A DNA stretch of 57,483 nt from Chromera velia (Eukaryota). Numbering within the stretch: the stretch's first letter is position 1; every line of letters starts with the position of its first letter. Positions 1 to 13,922 of this stretch are shown here, in pieces. Location: positions 1 through 57,483 of the forward strand of contig JAHBMJ010000065.1 of NCBI GenBank assembly GCA_018398765.1. Direction: 5' to 3'. The translations under genes were made by a program, and so were the position numbers. The notes under the pieces were generated by a model. It was not told the origin of the DNA. It did no database searches and saw nothing but the letters and a program-made list of their open reading frames with translations.

Positions 1-276
1 AGACAACTGGAGGGGGGAAAAGAGTGAGACCGCAGGAAAGAAGAACGACAACGGGAAGAGGGTCAAGTTTTGTCCGACAAGTCAGTAAGGATAGAATGAG
101 GGCAGGGTGCAGGAGGCCGAGCAAATTATTTCATTGCAGACTTCTCATGCGCTGCAGACTGATCTGGAAGGCAAATGATTTGCAGGTTGAGGAGAAGCCG
201 GAACCAACAGCCTTTTGTTTTTTTCACATTCACATCCTACTCATCCATTCCCTCAATGACTCGAGTACACACTGAC

Positions 277-1706
<1,430 letters not shown>

Positions 1707-2919
1707 ACCTGCAGGCGTACTTGTGTTTTGAGAAAGGATTGAGAAAGAGAAAGAGAAAGGGAGGAATGGTGAAAAAAATTCCCTTCCATCCACACCAAGA
1801 AAATTGTGTGAACATGCAGCCCCTTGAATACCCCTCCAATGCACTTTCTGTCCCCCTCCTGCCTGAACGCAAAGGGCCGGGAAGAATCAGGGGGAATGCT
1901 TCGGCTCTCATCAACCTCTTTCATTCAGGTCATTTGGAGCCGTTTCTCTCCTTCAAGAGAGAGCTGTGAAAGAGCCATGCAGAACACCCTAGATGGCTAC
2001 TGCGGGCAGACGGATGCACATGCATGCACACAGATACATGCATATCCAGGGCATAGCACGGCGATGGCAAGAGGAATGGCGATTGGGCGAGTGTCTTAGC
2101 GATTGAGCAAGGGGCCCCGTCAGCGAATGAGTGAATATTCATATGAGCGTGAGCGCCTGTGTGACAGAGTGAGCAACTGACTTACTTACTGACTGACTGA
2201 CTCAGAAAAAAAGAGACTGGCTCACTGACTGAGTTCAAAAGTAAACCGCGTGAATTCGCAAGAAGCTCTACCCACTTGGTCTATTGGTGAACTACGCCAC
2301 CGTGAATGCGTCAATGGGCCACCAAAGAGTCTGCAACGTTTGGTGTGACCGGAACTTGTCAAACGCCGACGCCAAGTGGAGAAACATAATCAGAATTAAC
2401 CAGAACACTTTCAGCCGTCTCCAGGAAAGAAGACGGCTAGGTATCCTTTAATAATTCAATGGTCCTGAATCATTTCCTGTTTCCACACACAGTAACACAC
2501 TGAACTGACGGCCCTGAGGTACCGCCTCAAAACCTCGGGGAACACTGTGGCAGTATTGTGGCAGTTTATGGCAGTTCCATGTATGCCTGGCATATGCCTG
2601 GCAGACTGTGCCTGCATGTGCCTGCTCCCCGATCCGAATCGGCACGAGACGAGGCAGGTGCTCGCGCCGCCGGCAGGCCTACGTACCGCCCCCCCAACAT
2701 CCCCCCACCTATAGAGCGACCTACTCCAACCCGTAGGACGGCTAGCAGGCCATATACTATGTATAAGAAACCTATGGAACACTGCCCTGAATGTCCGCGC
2801 TGGAATTCAAGCCAGACCCAGTGGTCCCAGTCATCCCTTAAGAGGGTGGGCGGGAGAAAAAGCCGAAGCCGTTCGTGTGTTTCTGCCTTATTGTTCTTTT
2901 GTTTACTTTGTATGTGACA

Positions 2920-4030
2920 CCGTTAAGAAGAGTTAAGAACCACTAAGGACTACTCTACCTCCCAACTTAATTCTTCTTTTTCGTTCTTATCCAACTTTCT
3001 TCTGAATATTTCCTTCTGAAATTGTTCGCCTTAGTTCGCCTCATCGTCATATCTATTTTTTTTTTACTGCCGTATGCCCTAGCGTATACCTGCGTTAGCC
3101 TCCATCTTTATACATATGCTAACATATACATACATTAGCGTACATGCACTTAGCGTTGCGGGTCCGCCCTTCAAAAGTCTAGCTAGTACACTCTGCGTCA
3201 CCGTCACCATCACGGCTCCCATTCACTTCCACTGGACCTCAGTATTAGAGTCAGTAACGGCTTAGTTTAAGATAGTTCAAGAGATTATCACATTTTGCTT
3301 AAACTATTAAATTCAAACTTTCACTCTAAACTCCGGTAGCTCGGATGTTGTATTTTCTTTTTGTCTTCTCCACCATATTTTATCAAAAGTACGGTTTTAG
3401 CCAGTTCTAGCTATGTATATCAGTTCAAACTCCTAAGAATCCGAAGTACCCCTAGTCCAATTGTTAATCCGAATACCTGGCTTATACCTAGGCTCGTGCA
3501 AGTAAGCCCACCGCTCTCACATCCCCATACTTTTCAAAGGTTCAGGATGTTCTTCATGCCCCTACATATTCTGCTTTCAGTCGCTCCAAGTGGACCTTAT
3601 GGTACCTTATAGTTTATGCACTAGCTCATACAGTAACTTTAAAACTCCACTCCGCTCTGCTCGAACTGTTACTCCAAACTTTGAACTCCGCATGCTCGAA
3701 TATTCAGTTTCTTCTTTATTTTTTCCATACATGATATTTTGTCTAACGTGTTTTTGTATATTTAGTTTTTTACCAAAAATGTTACCTAAATTTGTAAAAA
3801 AAAAAATAAAAAGAGTTAAATTTAGATTGTGTTCTCGGAATTCTCAAACTACCATAGGGTAGTAGCAATATATAGAGACCCCTCCAGTTACTAAGCTAAA
3901 TTGACTATTTAAGAATTTAATATTTGAATTGTTTTTGATTAGGTTTTTCATTCATCAAAAGTATAGTAAAACCAATCAAAAGTTCATACATTTATTTTCC
4001 ATTTCTTTGATTTATCATTCATTTTCTGTT
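2920..4030. mobile_element. AT/TpA-rich degenerate repeat relic with a fossil minus-strand reading frame
   Basis: Abrupt switch to TA/TAG-rich sequence without host-type microsatellites. Minus strand carries two related peptides, MEKIKKKLNIRACGVQS (3728-3678) and MVEKTKRKYNIRATGV*S (3376-3323), amid many TAA/TAG stops. Boundaries approximate. Confidence 0.45.
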
Positions 4031-4179
4031 TTGTATTCAGCTGCCGTGTCCTTGGATTGTTGAGCTATACTTTACTGACGCTTCGATCACATTGGCAGTT
4101 TGAGCGCGTTGCCTTTTTATTTCAACATACATGGCTTGACTTCCACCTGTGTCGTGCCTTTGGACATTCTCGGTCTCAG

Positions 4180-5862
4180 TTAGTTGTAAGTATCCGGATC
4201 GAAAAGATCCTTCACAGAGCACTTCTGAGCACTCCCGCTCATTGTAGGGGGCACTGGCAGGTTACCACCCGCAGTTGCCTGGAAACTGGCCACGGTATTC
4301 GACTGAAGGACGTCGGCGGGCACTGGAGGGTTCAGAGCGGCCTTCCCAGTCTGCAAGTAAAGCAATTCGATCGAAAATGCAATCAAACAACAGCGTATGA
4401 CAGGTCAAGAGACATCCGGTTAAAGGAGGAATGGAGGCACGGAGGGAACAAGCTCAACAGAAATGAGGCTGGAAAGAGATGGGCAAAACAAGAAAGGCAT
4501 ACAGACAAAGCGAACTCATTGCGAGTCGAGTTACTGATCTAGCTCGAGGCACCGAGAGAGAATAGAAGCAATCAAGAGACTCTCGAGATGCAGGAGGGTA
4601 CCATACAGATCTGCAGTTCATGATGCATCGGAGCGCTACAAAGTCTAATCGATATTTGACTCACCATCGTCATGCGGCTGGTGAACTTGTGTGCAGGGTT
4701 GGGTACCATGTAGGCAGATTGCGCGTTGGCCATGGCAGCGTGTTCCGCGAATCTGGTGTAGGAGCTCCGAAGCGTCTGCTCACGCGACTCCTTCACCAAG
4801 TGCCCAAACCCCATTCCTGCAGGCCCATGCAACGTAACCGAAACAATTAAAGCTTAATCGTGAATGACCGAATCATCGTCAGTGAAGTCCTTCTCCCACC
4901 CCCCGATGCATGCAGACTAATTTGTTCGTTCGTCGATCAAGATATTCTTCCAAAATTGGCAACGATGAACCTCAGGACGGCTCAGTACCAAACTCCAACT
5001 TTATCATTTTCAAGTCACGTTGCAAGGCATGCAGGACAGATAGGCCACACAGATAGGCACATCGACACGTTTTTTTTTTTTTAAAGAAAGAAAGAAAGAA
5101 AAAAAAAAAGAAGAACAAGAGGCGTCAAAGTCTTTTTCAACGAAAGATCACGAGGCGGAGTTTTTCTTTCAAATTCGACTGGAGTTTCACGACAGCGAAG
5201 CACAGAGAGCAACTAAGTTGATCCGTCTGTGCAGACATGCAGAGGAACTTCAAGACACTGCCGCAGAAAGAATCCATCCAGGGAAGTTGAAGAAAGAGAC
5301 ACTTGACAAATCCGATAACACAATACAGATTTTGATAGCTCAACAAAAAATGCAATTTCCTCAGTGGAATACCAGTCTTAATACAGCTGCCTTCCTTCCT
5401 GTATGCTTCTCACAATGATGCACAAACCGCCCTGCCCCTTTTCTTCCACTCTTTTTTCTAGCCGGTCACACATAAGCAGCGAACTTTCCTCGCTCGTTTC
5501 GGTTCGCCTCTCTCCCAAACTTACCGACCGTCTCTGTGTTGGTGACCGTGGCCAAATGGGGGGGGCAGCCGTTTGCTTTGGAGGGTCGTCGGTTCAACGG
5601 GGCCACAGTAGCGGTTGGAGGACAGACTGCCGGCAAAGACAAGTCCGGGGGGCTGGTAAAAGAATCTGCAGGCCGGCAGCATGGGGAGAATGATGCCAAC
5701 CGAAATCTTGAACGCAACCACGTGCATGTGCGTTTTTTTACTCACGCCCAAAGACCTTCATTTCCGGCCTCCCTCTGCCGCCTACATGCGGGTGCTCGCA
5801 GACACACGCGCACGGCACGCGCGCGCACGCACGTACCGAGGAAGAGAAAAGAAGGAAGAGAG

Positions 5863-5902
<40 letters not shown>

Positions 5903-5919
5903 CGAGCGAGCGAGCGTGC

Positions 5920-5951
<32 letters not shown>

Positions 5952-6806
5952 AACAGAGACAGACAGACAGACAGAGAGGGAAAGAGCCCGTCTGACAGAA
6001 GAGCGCAAAAAGATAGTGGCACACAGAGAAAGGAGAAATCATGCAAAGGTAGGGGGAGCTACAAATCATGTAAAAACATGGTGCTTTTTGTCATTGTTGT
6101 GTTTGTGATGCGTCTGAGGCACAGGGAAAGAATTGAGGCTGATTGAGCACAAACCCATGTGTTCGCGCAGAAGGCGTTCTGGACAGTTGGTGACTGTATG
6201 AATGGATGTCGGTTTCAATAGATGAATGAATGAACAAATGAGTCAAATAATGCATGGATAGATAAATCAATGAAAAGGAGGGTAAATGAGCTAATCAATC
6301 GACTGATTGACCAGACCTCATGGGTGCCTTACTTACCTGTTGTTCGACGTGAATTCCCTTCTCGAGAAGTCTTCTTCCTGTCTGCCTGTCGCATTCAGGT
6401 GGCCGAAAAGGAGGTCCCCCTGCTCACAACAAGAAAACAAATAAAGTTAAAACAGAAAAAATATGGAATTCAAGGGAAGGAAGAAGGAAGGAGGAAGGCA
6501 AGAAGAAGGAAGGAAGAAGGAAAGAAGGAAGGAAGGAAGGAAGGAAGGAAGGAGGAAAGAAGGAAAGGAAGGCAGGAAGGAAGGAAGGAGGGAAGGAAGC
6601 AAGGAAGGAAGCAAAAGGAAGGAAGGAAGGAAGGAAGGAAAAGGAAGGAAGCAAGCAAGGAAGGAAGGAAGGAAAAGGAAGGAAGCAAGCAAGGAAGGAA
6701 GGAGAGAAGGAAGGAAGGAAGGAAGGAAGGAAAGAAAGAAGGAAGGAAGGAAGGAAGGAAGGAGGGAAGGAAGGAGGGAGGGAAAGTATGAAGGAAGACA
6801 CACACA

Positions 6807-6839
<33 letters not shown>

Positions 6840-6874
6840 GTAGGGAGAGAGAAAGACACACAGAGAGAAGGAGA

Positions 6875-6912
<38 letters not shown>

Positions 6913-7934
6913 CAGACAGACAGCAGACAGACAGACTATATGACAGACAGACAGACAGACAGACTATACACACAGACAGACAGAGAGAAAGAGCAGAGAG
7001 AAACTGGAGCAGACACGAAACAGAGAATCTTGGTGGAGACCAACTGCTGCGAATCCGTGAACTCTCTATATCTACCGGCCGAGACACGCGAACGCAGCCG
7101 CATGCACACTTACATCTGTTTGGGTACAACTCTTTAGCAGTGCGGTGGTTCAGCCGAATGCCGCAAAACAAAGCTATGGGCCACAAGCCGTGTACTGACT
7201 GACTGACGCACACACCTGAACGTTAGTCATTGCCTTAGGTAGAGCCCCCCGCTCAATCCCCTTGCCCCCCGAGGTCCCGTCAGATGGGGTTTTCCACCCA
7301 ACGTCCCCTGTGTAGGTGGATCCAGGGTTCGCCCACGGCCTCGGGCCCCTGTGAGCGTGTTCGAGTCCTGCAGGCAGGCAGGCAATGATGAGTGAGTGAA
7401 GACACAGACAGCGGGAGCGAAAACATCGGAGATCCAGGCGGCTGCTCAGAAAGAGGCAAGGATTAGATGTGGGGGACGAGGCGGGAGGGAAAAAGTGATG
7501 GACAAGAATGGAAGCTGTGTAGGGTCGTAGCGGCGTACAGAGAGATAGAGAGCGCGCGAAATTCCGTTTCAGAGAGGAGAGAGAAGAGGGTGAGGACGCA
7601 GGGCGAGAAGAGAGAGGGCAGAGAGCGGAAAGAGAGGAAAGGGATGAAAGAGGGGAAAAGAAGAGAAGAAAAATAAAAGAAGAAAAGGAAAGCGGCGACA
7701 GGGGTGAGGAGGACAGCGCGAAAGGAAATCAAAGAAAAGAGAACCAAAAGTCAATAGCTGTTTGGTGAGCAGTTGGTGCGACGCAGAAGGCAAGCAAAGA
7801 ACAACGAAACATAGACGAGGGACATCAGTCAGAAACCACCATACATATATGAAAGAAGGGAGCGTCTGTATGTGTTTGAGTAGGGTTCCGAAAGTGCATG
7901 AGAATTTGCAAGAGTCTGTGTAGGCTCATACTGA

Positions 7935-8001
<67 letters not shown>

Positions 8002-8449
8002 AACACTCACGCGTAGATTCTCGCAGATGAGTGTACCAGCAAGTATATGTTTCATTCGCTCACGCACTCGTCTGTGCGGCACAATTTTGCAGTTTGCCTT
8101 GTGTGTACATCGACAAACTTCGAATGCCAAAGGGTAGCAGGGCGCGGGGGTTGGAAGGAGGGAGGAAGGAAGAAACAAATGCAAGAACCAAGAGAGGAGG
8201 GAGGGAGGAGAAGAAGGAGGGGGGAGAGCGGGCAGGCAGGAATCCAATAACGAAAGGAGAGAGAAAATGTCAGGAGGGGAACTTTGCAAAGAGACATCCC
8301 GGAAATACGCAGGCGAAATAAGAACACTGCATGACCAGATGGGTGCAGCTGCAGGGCTGTTGTGCAAAGCAAAGAGGAGTTCGGATGAACCGACCAAATT
8401 TGTCCTCGTTCCAGTTCCCAATCAGCACTCCATGTCTGTATGCCCTCAT
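4180..8449 (-). CDS. Putative flagellar/ciliary microtubule inner protein (CFAP107-like, GNW-motif family), ~249 aa, 6 exons
   Basis: Exons 8449-8395, 7367-7216, 6419-6337, 5665-5529, 4816-4665 and 4350-4180 join in phase and end at TAA. N-terminus MRAYRHGVLIGNWNEDKFG fits the YxxxVLIGNWxE motif of CFAP107/CFAP95/CFAP161-type proteins; it is followed by DLLFGH and EFTSNNRFFY. Family call is from motif recall only. Confidence 0.7.
6472..7000. repeat. Compound intronic microsatellite (GGAA)n-(CA)n-(GA)n-(GACA)n
   Basis: Directly visible tandem repeats in intron 2 of the flagellar gene. Confidence 0.95.
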
Positions 8450-8779
8450 GGTGTTGATATGTCTTTCTGATCGGCAAAAGTTACGTGTGTGATAGATCAA
8501 ACAACGACTATGTATATACGCATACGCTTCTTTGCTGAGAAACAGAAACCGTCCACCAACGCTAGTGCTGCTTCATTCCGCTCCTGCTTGTTTGCCTTCT
8601 CGATAAAGACTGGTACAGCCACTATTATAGCACTCTCCGCACGGAAGTCTTACTGACGAAGCCCGCGCTTTGCATACATATTGATATTTACACCACACAC
8701 ATATATATACACCTTTTTACATACACGTACGTATATACGTGCGTATATGCTTTCGATTTCTACAAAAGAAGTGATTGCG

Positions 8780-9490
8780 CGCGCGCTTTGCGCGCGGAGG
8801 GGACTCAGCGTCACCCCTCAACATTTTTTTTGGTATGTACCTTCGCCCATACGGCCGGAGCCGGCGCGTGTGTGCACACTCATGCCAGGTGGGACTGTCG
8901 TGCAGAAATATAGTATTGGACGCCCCTCTGTCCCCGGATGTCTCTTTCTAATTGTTGCTCTATTTTTTCTTTCTGTCCTGTATAAAGTACTGCATTAACG
9001 GGACTCATTCGAAAGATAACACCTGTCTATCTTTACTGTTCCTTAGCCATCTCTTTCTAATTGTTACTTCATTTTTTGCAGAGTTCATACGTTTGAACGA
9101 CTAAAGTAGAAGTCTCCCATGATTCAAATTCCTAACTACTGGTAGACTCTTTAACAATCCATTCCAACGAAGTAAAATTATTTTAGTGTGATTAGTTTCT
9201 TATCAGATATGGACTGATGATACAGTCTGAGATACTAAATCAAATATGACAACTGAATCATAGTAGATCAAATATGATAACTACATCAAATACTGATCAT
9301 ACAGTCTGAGAAAATATGACAACTTTCATTAATTTAGATTTTAAATATATTTAGATATATGTTACCTCTTATATCTAGTTTTATATTCACAACTGTATAG
9401 GCTATAACATAATATAGAAAATAATATTTTTCGGAGTGTTGTTCCTTGCTTACAGTTTGGTACCATTTTTTTTTTAAATGTTGAATATAT
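8780..9490. mobile_element. AT-rich degenerate repeat relic
   Basis: GC-rich hairpin-like start (gcgcgc-ttt-gcgcgc) followed by TA-rich sequence with short internal repeats (tctctttctaattgtt x2, atacagtctgag x2, atcaaatatga x2). Boundaries approximate. Confidence 0.4.
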
Positions 9491-10924
9491 ATGACTTTGT
9501 TGTTTCAACCCGGCCCAGGTCATGCACAGTGTTTTCAAAGTGAATTGGCCTCGTACAAGGTGTCCAGGCAGGGCTCAGTGGAGCAGGAAAGGGAGAGAAG
9601 AGAGCCCGATGAAAGATCTATGGGGGGAAGAGAGAGGGAGGAGCGACGCAGCCCTGCTCTTTGTCTTTCTCAAAGTGTGCAGGGCTCGATTCTCTATCTG
9701 CCTCTATTCCGAGAAGTAATGTTGAAGGGATGAGCTCATTGAGATGTCTGCGCAACATGCGTCCAGATATGTCCAGATGATCGTATTGAACACACACACA
9801 CACATACACACACACACACACACACACAGACAGACAGACAGACAGAGAGAGAGAGAGAGAGAGAGAGAGGAAGAGAGAGGAAGAGAGAGAAAGAGAGAGA
9901 GAGAGGAGAAACCACCTGAGGGATAGACAGAAACACGGTACTCCCTCTGAAGGGAGATTCAGAAACCCATTTCGTTTCTCAATCAAATCGAATAGCTACA
10001 CAATGCATCAAAGCAAAGATCCACTTTCCATTCCTTTCGCCTCCCCTGTTTTGATTTATTCCCTCTCATATTCTTCCCATTCCCTGACTCTTCCTCATCT
10101 CCCCGACAATTAACTCCACCCTTCCCTTCCACATCTTTCACTCTTCTATCGGCACGCCGACTTGACAATGGAAAGCAATGGAAAGGAAACACACAATTAA
10201 GCTGTTCGCCAGTGTATGCACACCAAAGGCATGAACGAAAGACACAGAGAGGTTTGCATGCGAATGCACGAAACGAGCAACGAGTAGATTAACAAAGAGG
10301 AGACAAGTGTTGAAGCAATCGCGCTTGCACGAATCCACGAGCATGTAGAAAGGCAGACAGGCAGACAGACTAGAGCTAGGTGTCTTCTTTTTCGAGACAG
10401 ACAGACACAGAAACATGAAGTACGCACATATATAGGAGCAACTGCGGGGAGCACTCAGGCGCACTTGATCGAGCGAGCGAGTTGGAGTGAATGGATGATC
10501 GAATGAGATGGCACACAATGAAAAGGTGAAGAATGTGGGCTTAAGCTTCAAAACGAATTTTCTTCTGGATCTGCTCTTCTGCTGTTGATAGCGACAGACC
10601 CGCCTTTGCAGGCAGGAGGAAGCTAAAGAAAGATAGACCTAAACTACAATTTTTTTCATTCATTCATTTATTCCTTCCGTTGATCGATGAAGCATCAGAT
10701 CGATTCCCTCGATGAATGGATGGATGCGCGTTCTATGCGGTCTGCCGGTGGAGAGTCATTGTGTACTTCTCTTCAACCATTTTTAAAGACCCAACGGCGG
10801 AAAGTTCAAGGAAGACAGAAAAGAGAAATGGGCCAGAGAAAAGAGCGCGAAACAGAGGGAGGGAAAAAGAAATCGGAGAGACAGAAAGAAGGGAAGGAAG
10901 AAAGAAAGAACGAAAAAGAAAGAA

Positions 10925-10990
10925 AGACAGACTATATCGTCTTTTCTTCACTTCACTTTTTCCGAATGGCTTCCTTTCTTTCGGACAGAC
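10925..10990 (+). repeat. Dispersed repeat copy A (microsatellite-associated)
   Basis: Near-identical to the reverse complement of 22572-22645 (gacagactatatcgtcttttctt...cacttcactttt.c.gaat.gcttcctttctttcgga), with one 7-nt indel. Confidence 0.85.
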
Positions 10991-11432
10991 AGGCAGACAG
11001 ACAGACACACAAACAAGCAGACACAGACAGACAGACAGACACAGACGAACAAACAGAGCCTTCCTTTCATTCTCTTCTGTTTTCTTCTTTTCTTTTGGCG
11101 CGCTCTCAGTGGAAGGGTACCAGAGCTCCAGGCCTTGAGTCGTACCCTGCGGCCCTTCACTGCCCAGTGCAGGGTTGCCCTCTTGCACTTCCAAGTATAT
11201 GTTTCATTCGCTCACGCGTTTCTTTTCATTTCCTTTCGCATAGGGACCTTCACAAGGAGTTTGTTTTCAGCATTCGCCACTTTCTTCTTCTGGGGTTCCT
11301 TTTATTTTTTGATTTCTTCTTCTGGGGTTCCCTTTTTCAGTCGATGACATCAACAGAAGCAAAATCCCTCTCTACTTGTTGGATCTCTTCTTTTGACCGC
11401 CCGTCCAGATGGAAAGAACGCGTGTACGTGTA

Positions 11433-11474
<42 letters not shown>

Positions 11475-11525
11475 CTTGTGCGTGTGCAGACAGACAGACA
11501 GACAGAGACAGACAGACAGACAGAC

Positions 11526-11558
<33 letters not shown>

Positions 11559-11575
11559 AAGAAAGAAAGAAAGAA

Positions 11576-11607
<32 letters not shown>

Positions 11608-13388
11608 GAGAAACCGATATAAAGGCAGAAGAAAGAAAAGACAAGCAGCTAGCGGAAAGACGGAGCAAAAGAAGGAGACACAAGGAGACACAGACAAAGA
11701 TGCGGAGGAGGAGACGCGTCGCACTTACATACCAGAGGAGGCAGGTACAAAGACAGACAGACAGAATGAGTGAGTGTCAGGGAGCGAGGAAAAGTTGTAC
11801 GTAAAGGCAGGACGGAGATAGTCTCGAAAAAGGCTGCAGCAGACCTTATTTGAAAGACTCGATCACTGGTGATCGTTCAATGCGTAGAGAAGGCTCAAGG
11901 GGAAAAAAGGAGGGCAGGAGGGGGAGCGTCAGGGGCGAAAGATTTTTCCCCGTTGTCAAGAAAAACACACCTACACACCTCTCCTTTCCTTCCTGTCTGT
12001 CTGTTTTTCTTCTCTTCACAGACAGCAAGAAAGAAGGGCGAGGAGACACAGAGAAAGGCGAGGAGGCCCACCCACATCGATGTTGCTTCATACTTCGTGG
12101 GGAACGGATCACAGCTCAAACGACGACCCCCCTCCCCCCCCCACAAGAAGGCTGCATGCACCGCACTTTTACCTTCCCACGCGCCTGAGAAAGTCCGAAC
12201 AGGCCGTTCGTTTTCGTGATCTTTCGCTACCCCTAGTCTGTCTTTCTGTCTGTCTCAATGCATGTATGTCTCTGATGAAGGAAGGAAGGAAGGAAAATGC
12301 GCAGATTGGGGTTGCTCTTCTCGAGAGAGAAGTCCCATCACTTCTTTGTGCGAGTCCCGTGACCATTTCTCTCTCTTCTTTTCGGCTCTCTTCTGCCCCC
12401 CCGTACTGATGATACAAAGAGATCTAAATCTGACAGTCAGTCTTCAGGCCTAATCCCTGCTCCCATAAACAGGCTGGGCATGACCCTGAGGCTTGTGTCA
12501 GGAAAAAAAACAACTCGAGGGAATGCAACAGATTTAGAAAGAAGCAAAGCAAGGACGAACATTTTTGTCAAGAAGACAAAACAAACAAATGCACAAATGC
12601 AAGACAACAACACAATGCGCATGCCTCCCTCGAACATGCCTCCTGACAGAAAGACAAGACAAGACGAGACGAGACCCAAAACGGACGGATAGGCAATGCC
12701 AAAGGGACATTTCAGCCAGCGACGCCCTCTCCCTCTGCCTGCCTTTCATCACCCACCCGCCGCGCAGTAATGGTGACTTCTGCTTACGAGCCGCGTTGTT
12801 TCCTTTCCCGGCCTGCCTTGCAGTCAGTCATTTGCAGAACATACCATCGGGCTTTAAGGCAGACAGGAGACGGTCATATCAAGTCAACGTGTACCCACAT
12901 GCGCTTGATCTACTCATCCTCAGTATTTGGTGTCATGTTTTTTTTCGTGGCGAAAACGTCGTCGCTCTGGAGTTTTCCCGCGGACCTCAGGCGGTTTGGT
13001 CTTAGGAAAATTTAAAGAGAAAAAGGCGCCAAGCAAGTCCTGCCTACCGTTTTCCAACACACTTCGTCCTTCCGACCACCTTCGAAGGGCTGGGGGCCGT
13101 CGAATTACTGGAAGGAACGGCTGGATTATTGAGGAGAGGCGAGACGGGAGTGCGATTCCTTTTCTCATGCAGCAATTTATTTTTCATTGCTCGTAACTCA
13201 AGCAGAGGTCATCCTCATGTAGGATGCTCCTCGAACTGCGGGTCGTTTGCGTGGAGACTTTTCCACTCTTTCTTTCTTTTTCTTACCTTCCTTCTACAAT
13301 CCGCCAAGGCAAAGGAGAAATAAAGGGATGGGGTGAGAGAAAGAACTGTTTGGTAAGCCAGCTAAGAGACAAGGAGGGAGAGAGAGAC

Positions 13389-13422
<34 letters not shown>

Positions 13423-13922
13423 CGACAGACAGAAAGAGAGAACAACGTATGGAGCATGGGTTTTGAGTCCTTCTGCTTTCCTTAACCTACGGGGAGAGAC
13501 TTCGTGCCCATGTGGAGGGAAGAAGAGTAGGGGGATGAGGAGGAGAACAAAACTAGAAAGTACATGGCCACTTGCGCAAGAGCTGGTGGACATGACAGAC
13601 ACGGATGCACCTACGTATGCAGACAGACACGCAGACAGACACACACACACCAAAGGGGGGNNNNNAAAGGGGGGGGGGGGGAAGAGAGAGAGAACGGTGT
13701 GTGTGCGGGAAAGAGAAAGAAGCAAAGAGAGAGAAACATCAGAAGAGAAAGATCCTTCGTGAGAACGATCAAGAAGGAACGAAGAAGACCCCGCAGCGAG
13801 TGGAACAGAGTCTCTTGCCCTCTTCTGCTCTTTTTCTCTCACCTTGTGTGTCAGCCATTTACCCCAGGTGAAGCACACTGTTACCCCCCTTCCCCCCCAT
13901 CTCATTTCCGAACAGAGAGGCT

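Noticed and set aside
2905..2990. LTR boundary (TGTCACA on the minus strand)
   Set aside because: No directly adjacent polypurine tract, no second LTR, and no gag/pol motifs seen.
10687..11622. 311-aa ORF
   Set aside because: A patchwork of microsatellites and dispersed repeats, with no domain or consistent splice structure.
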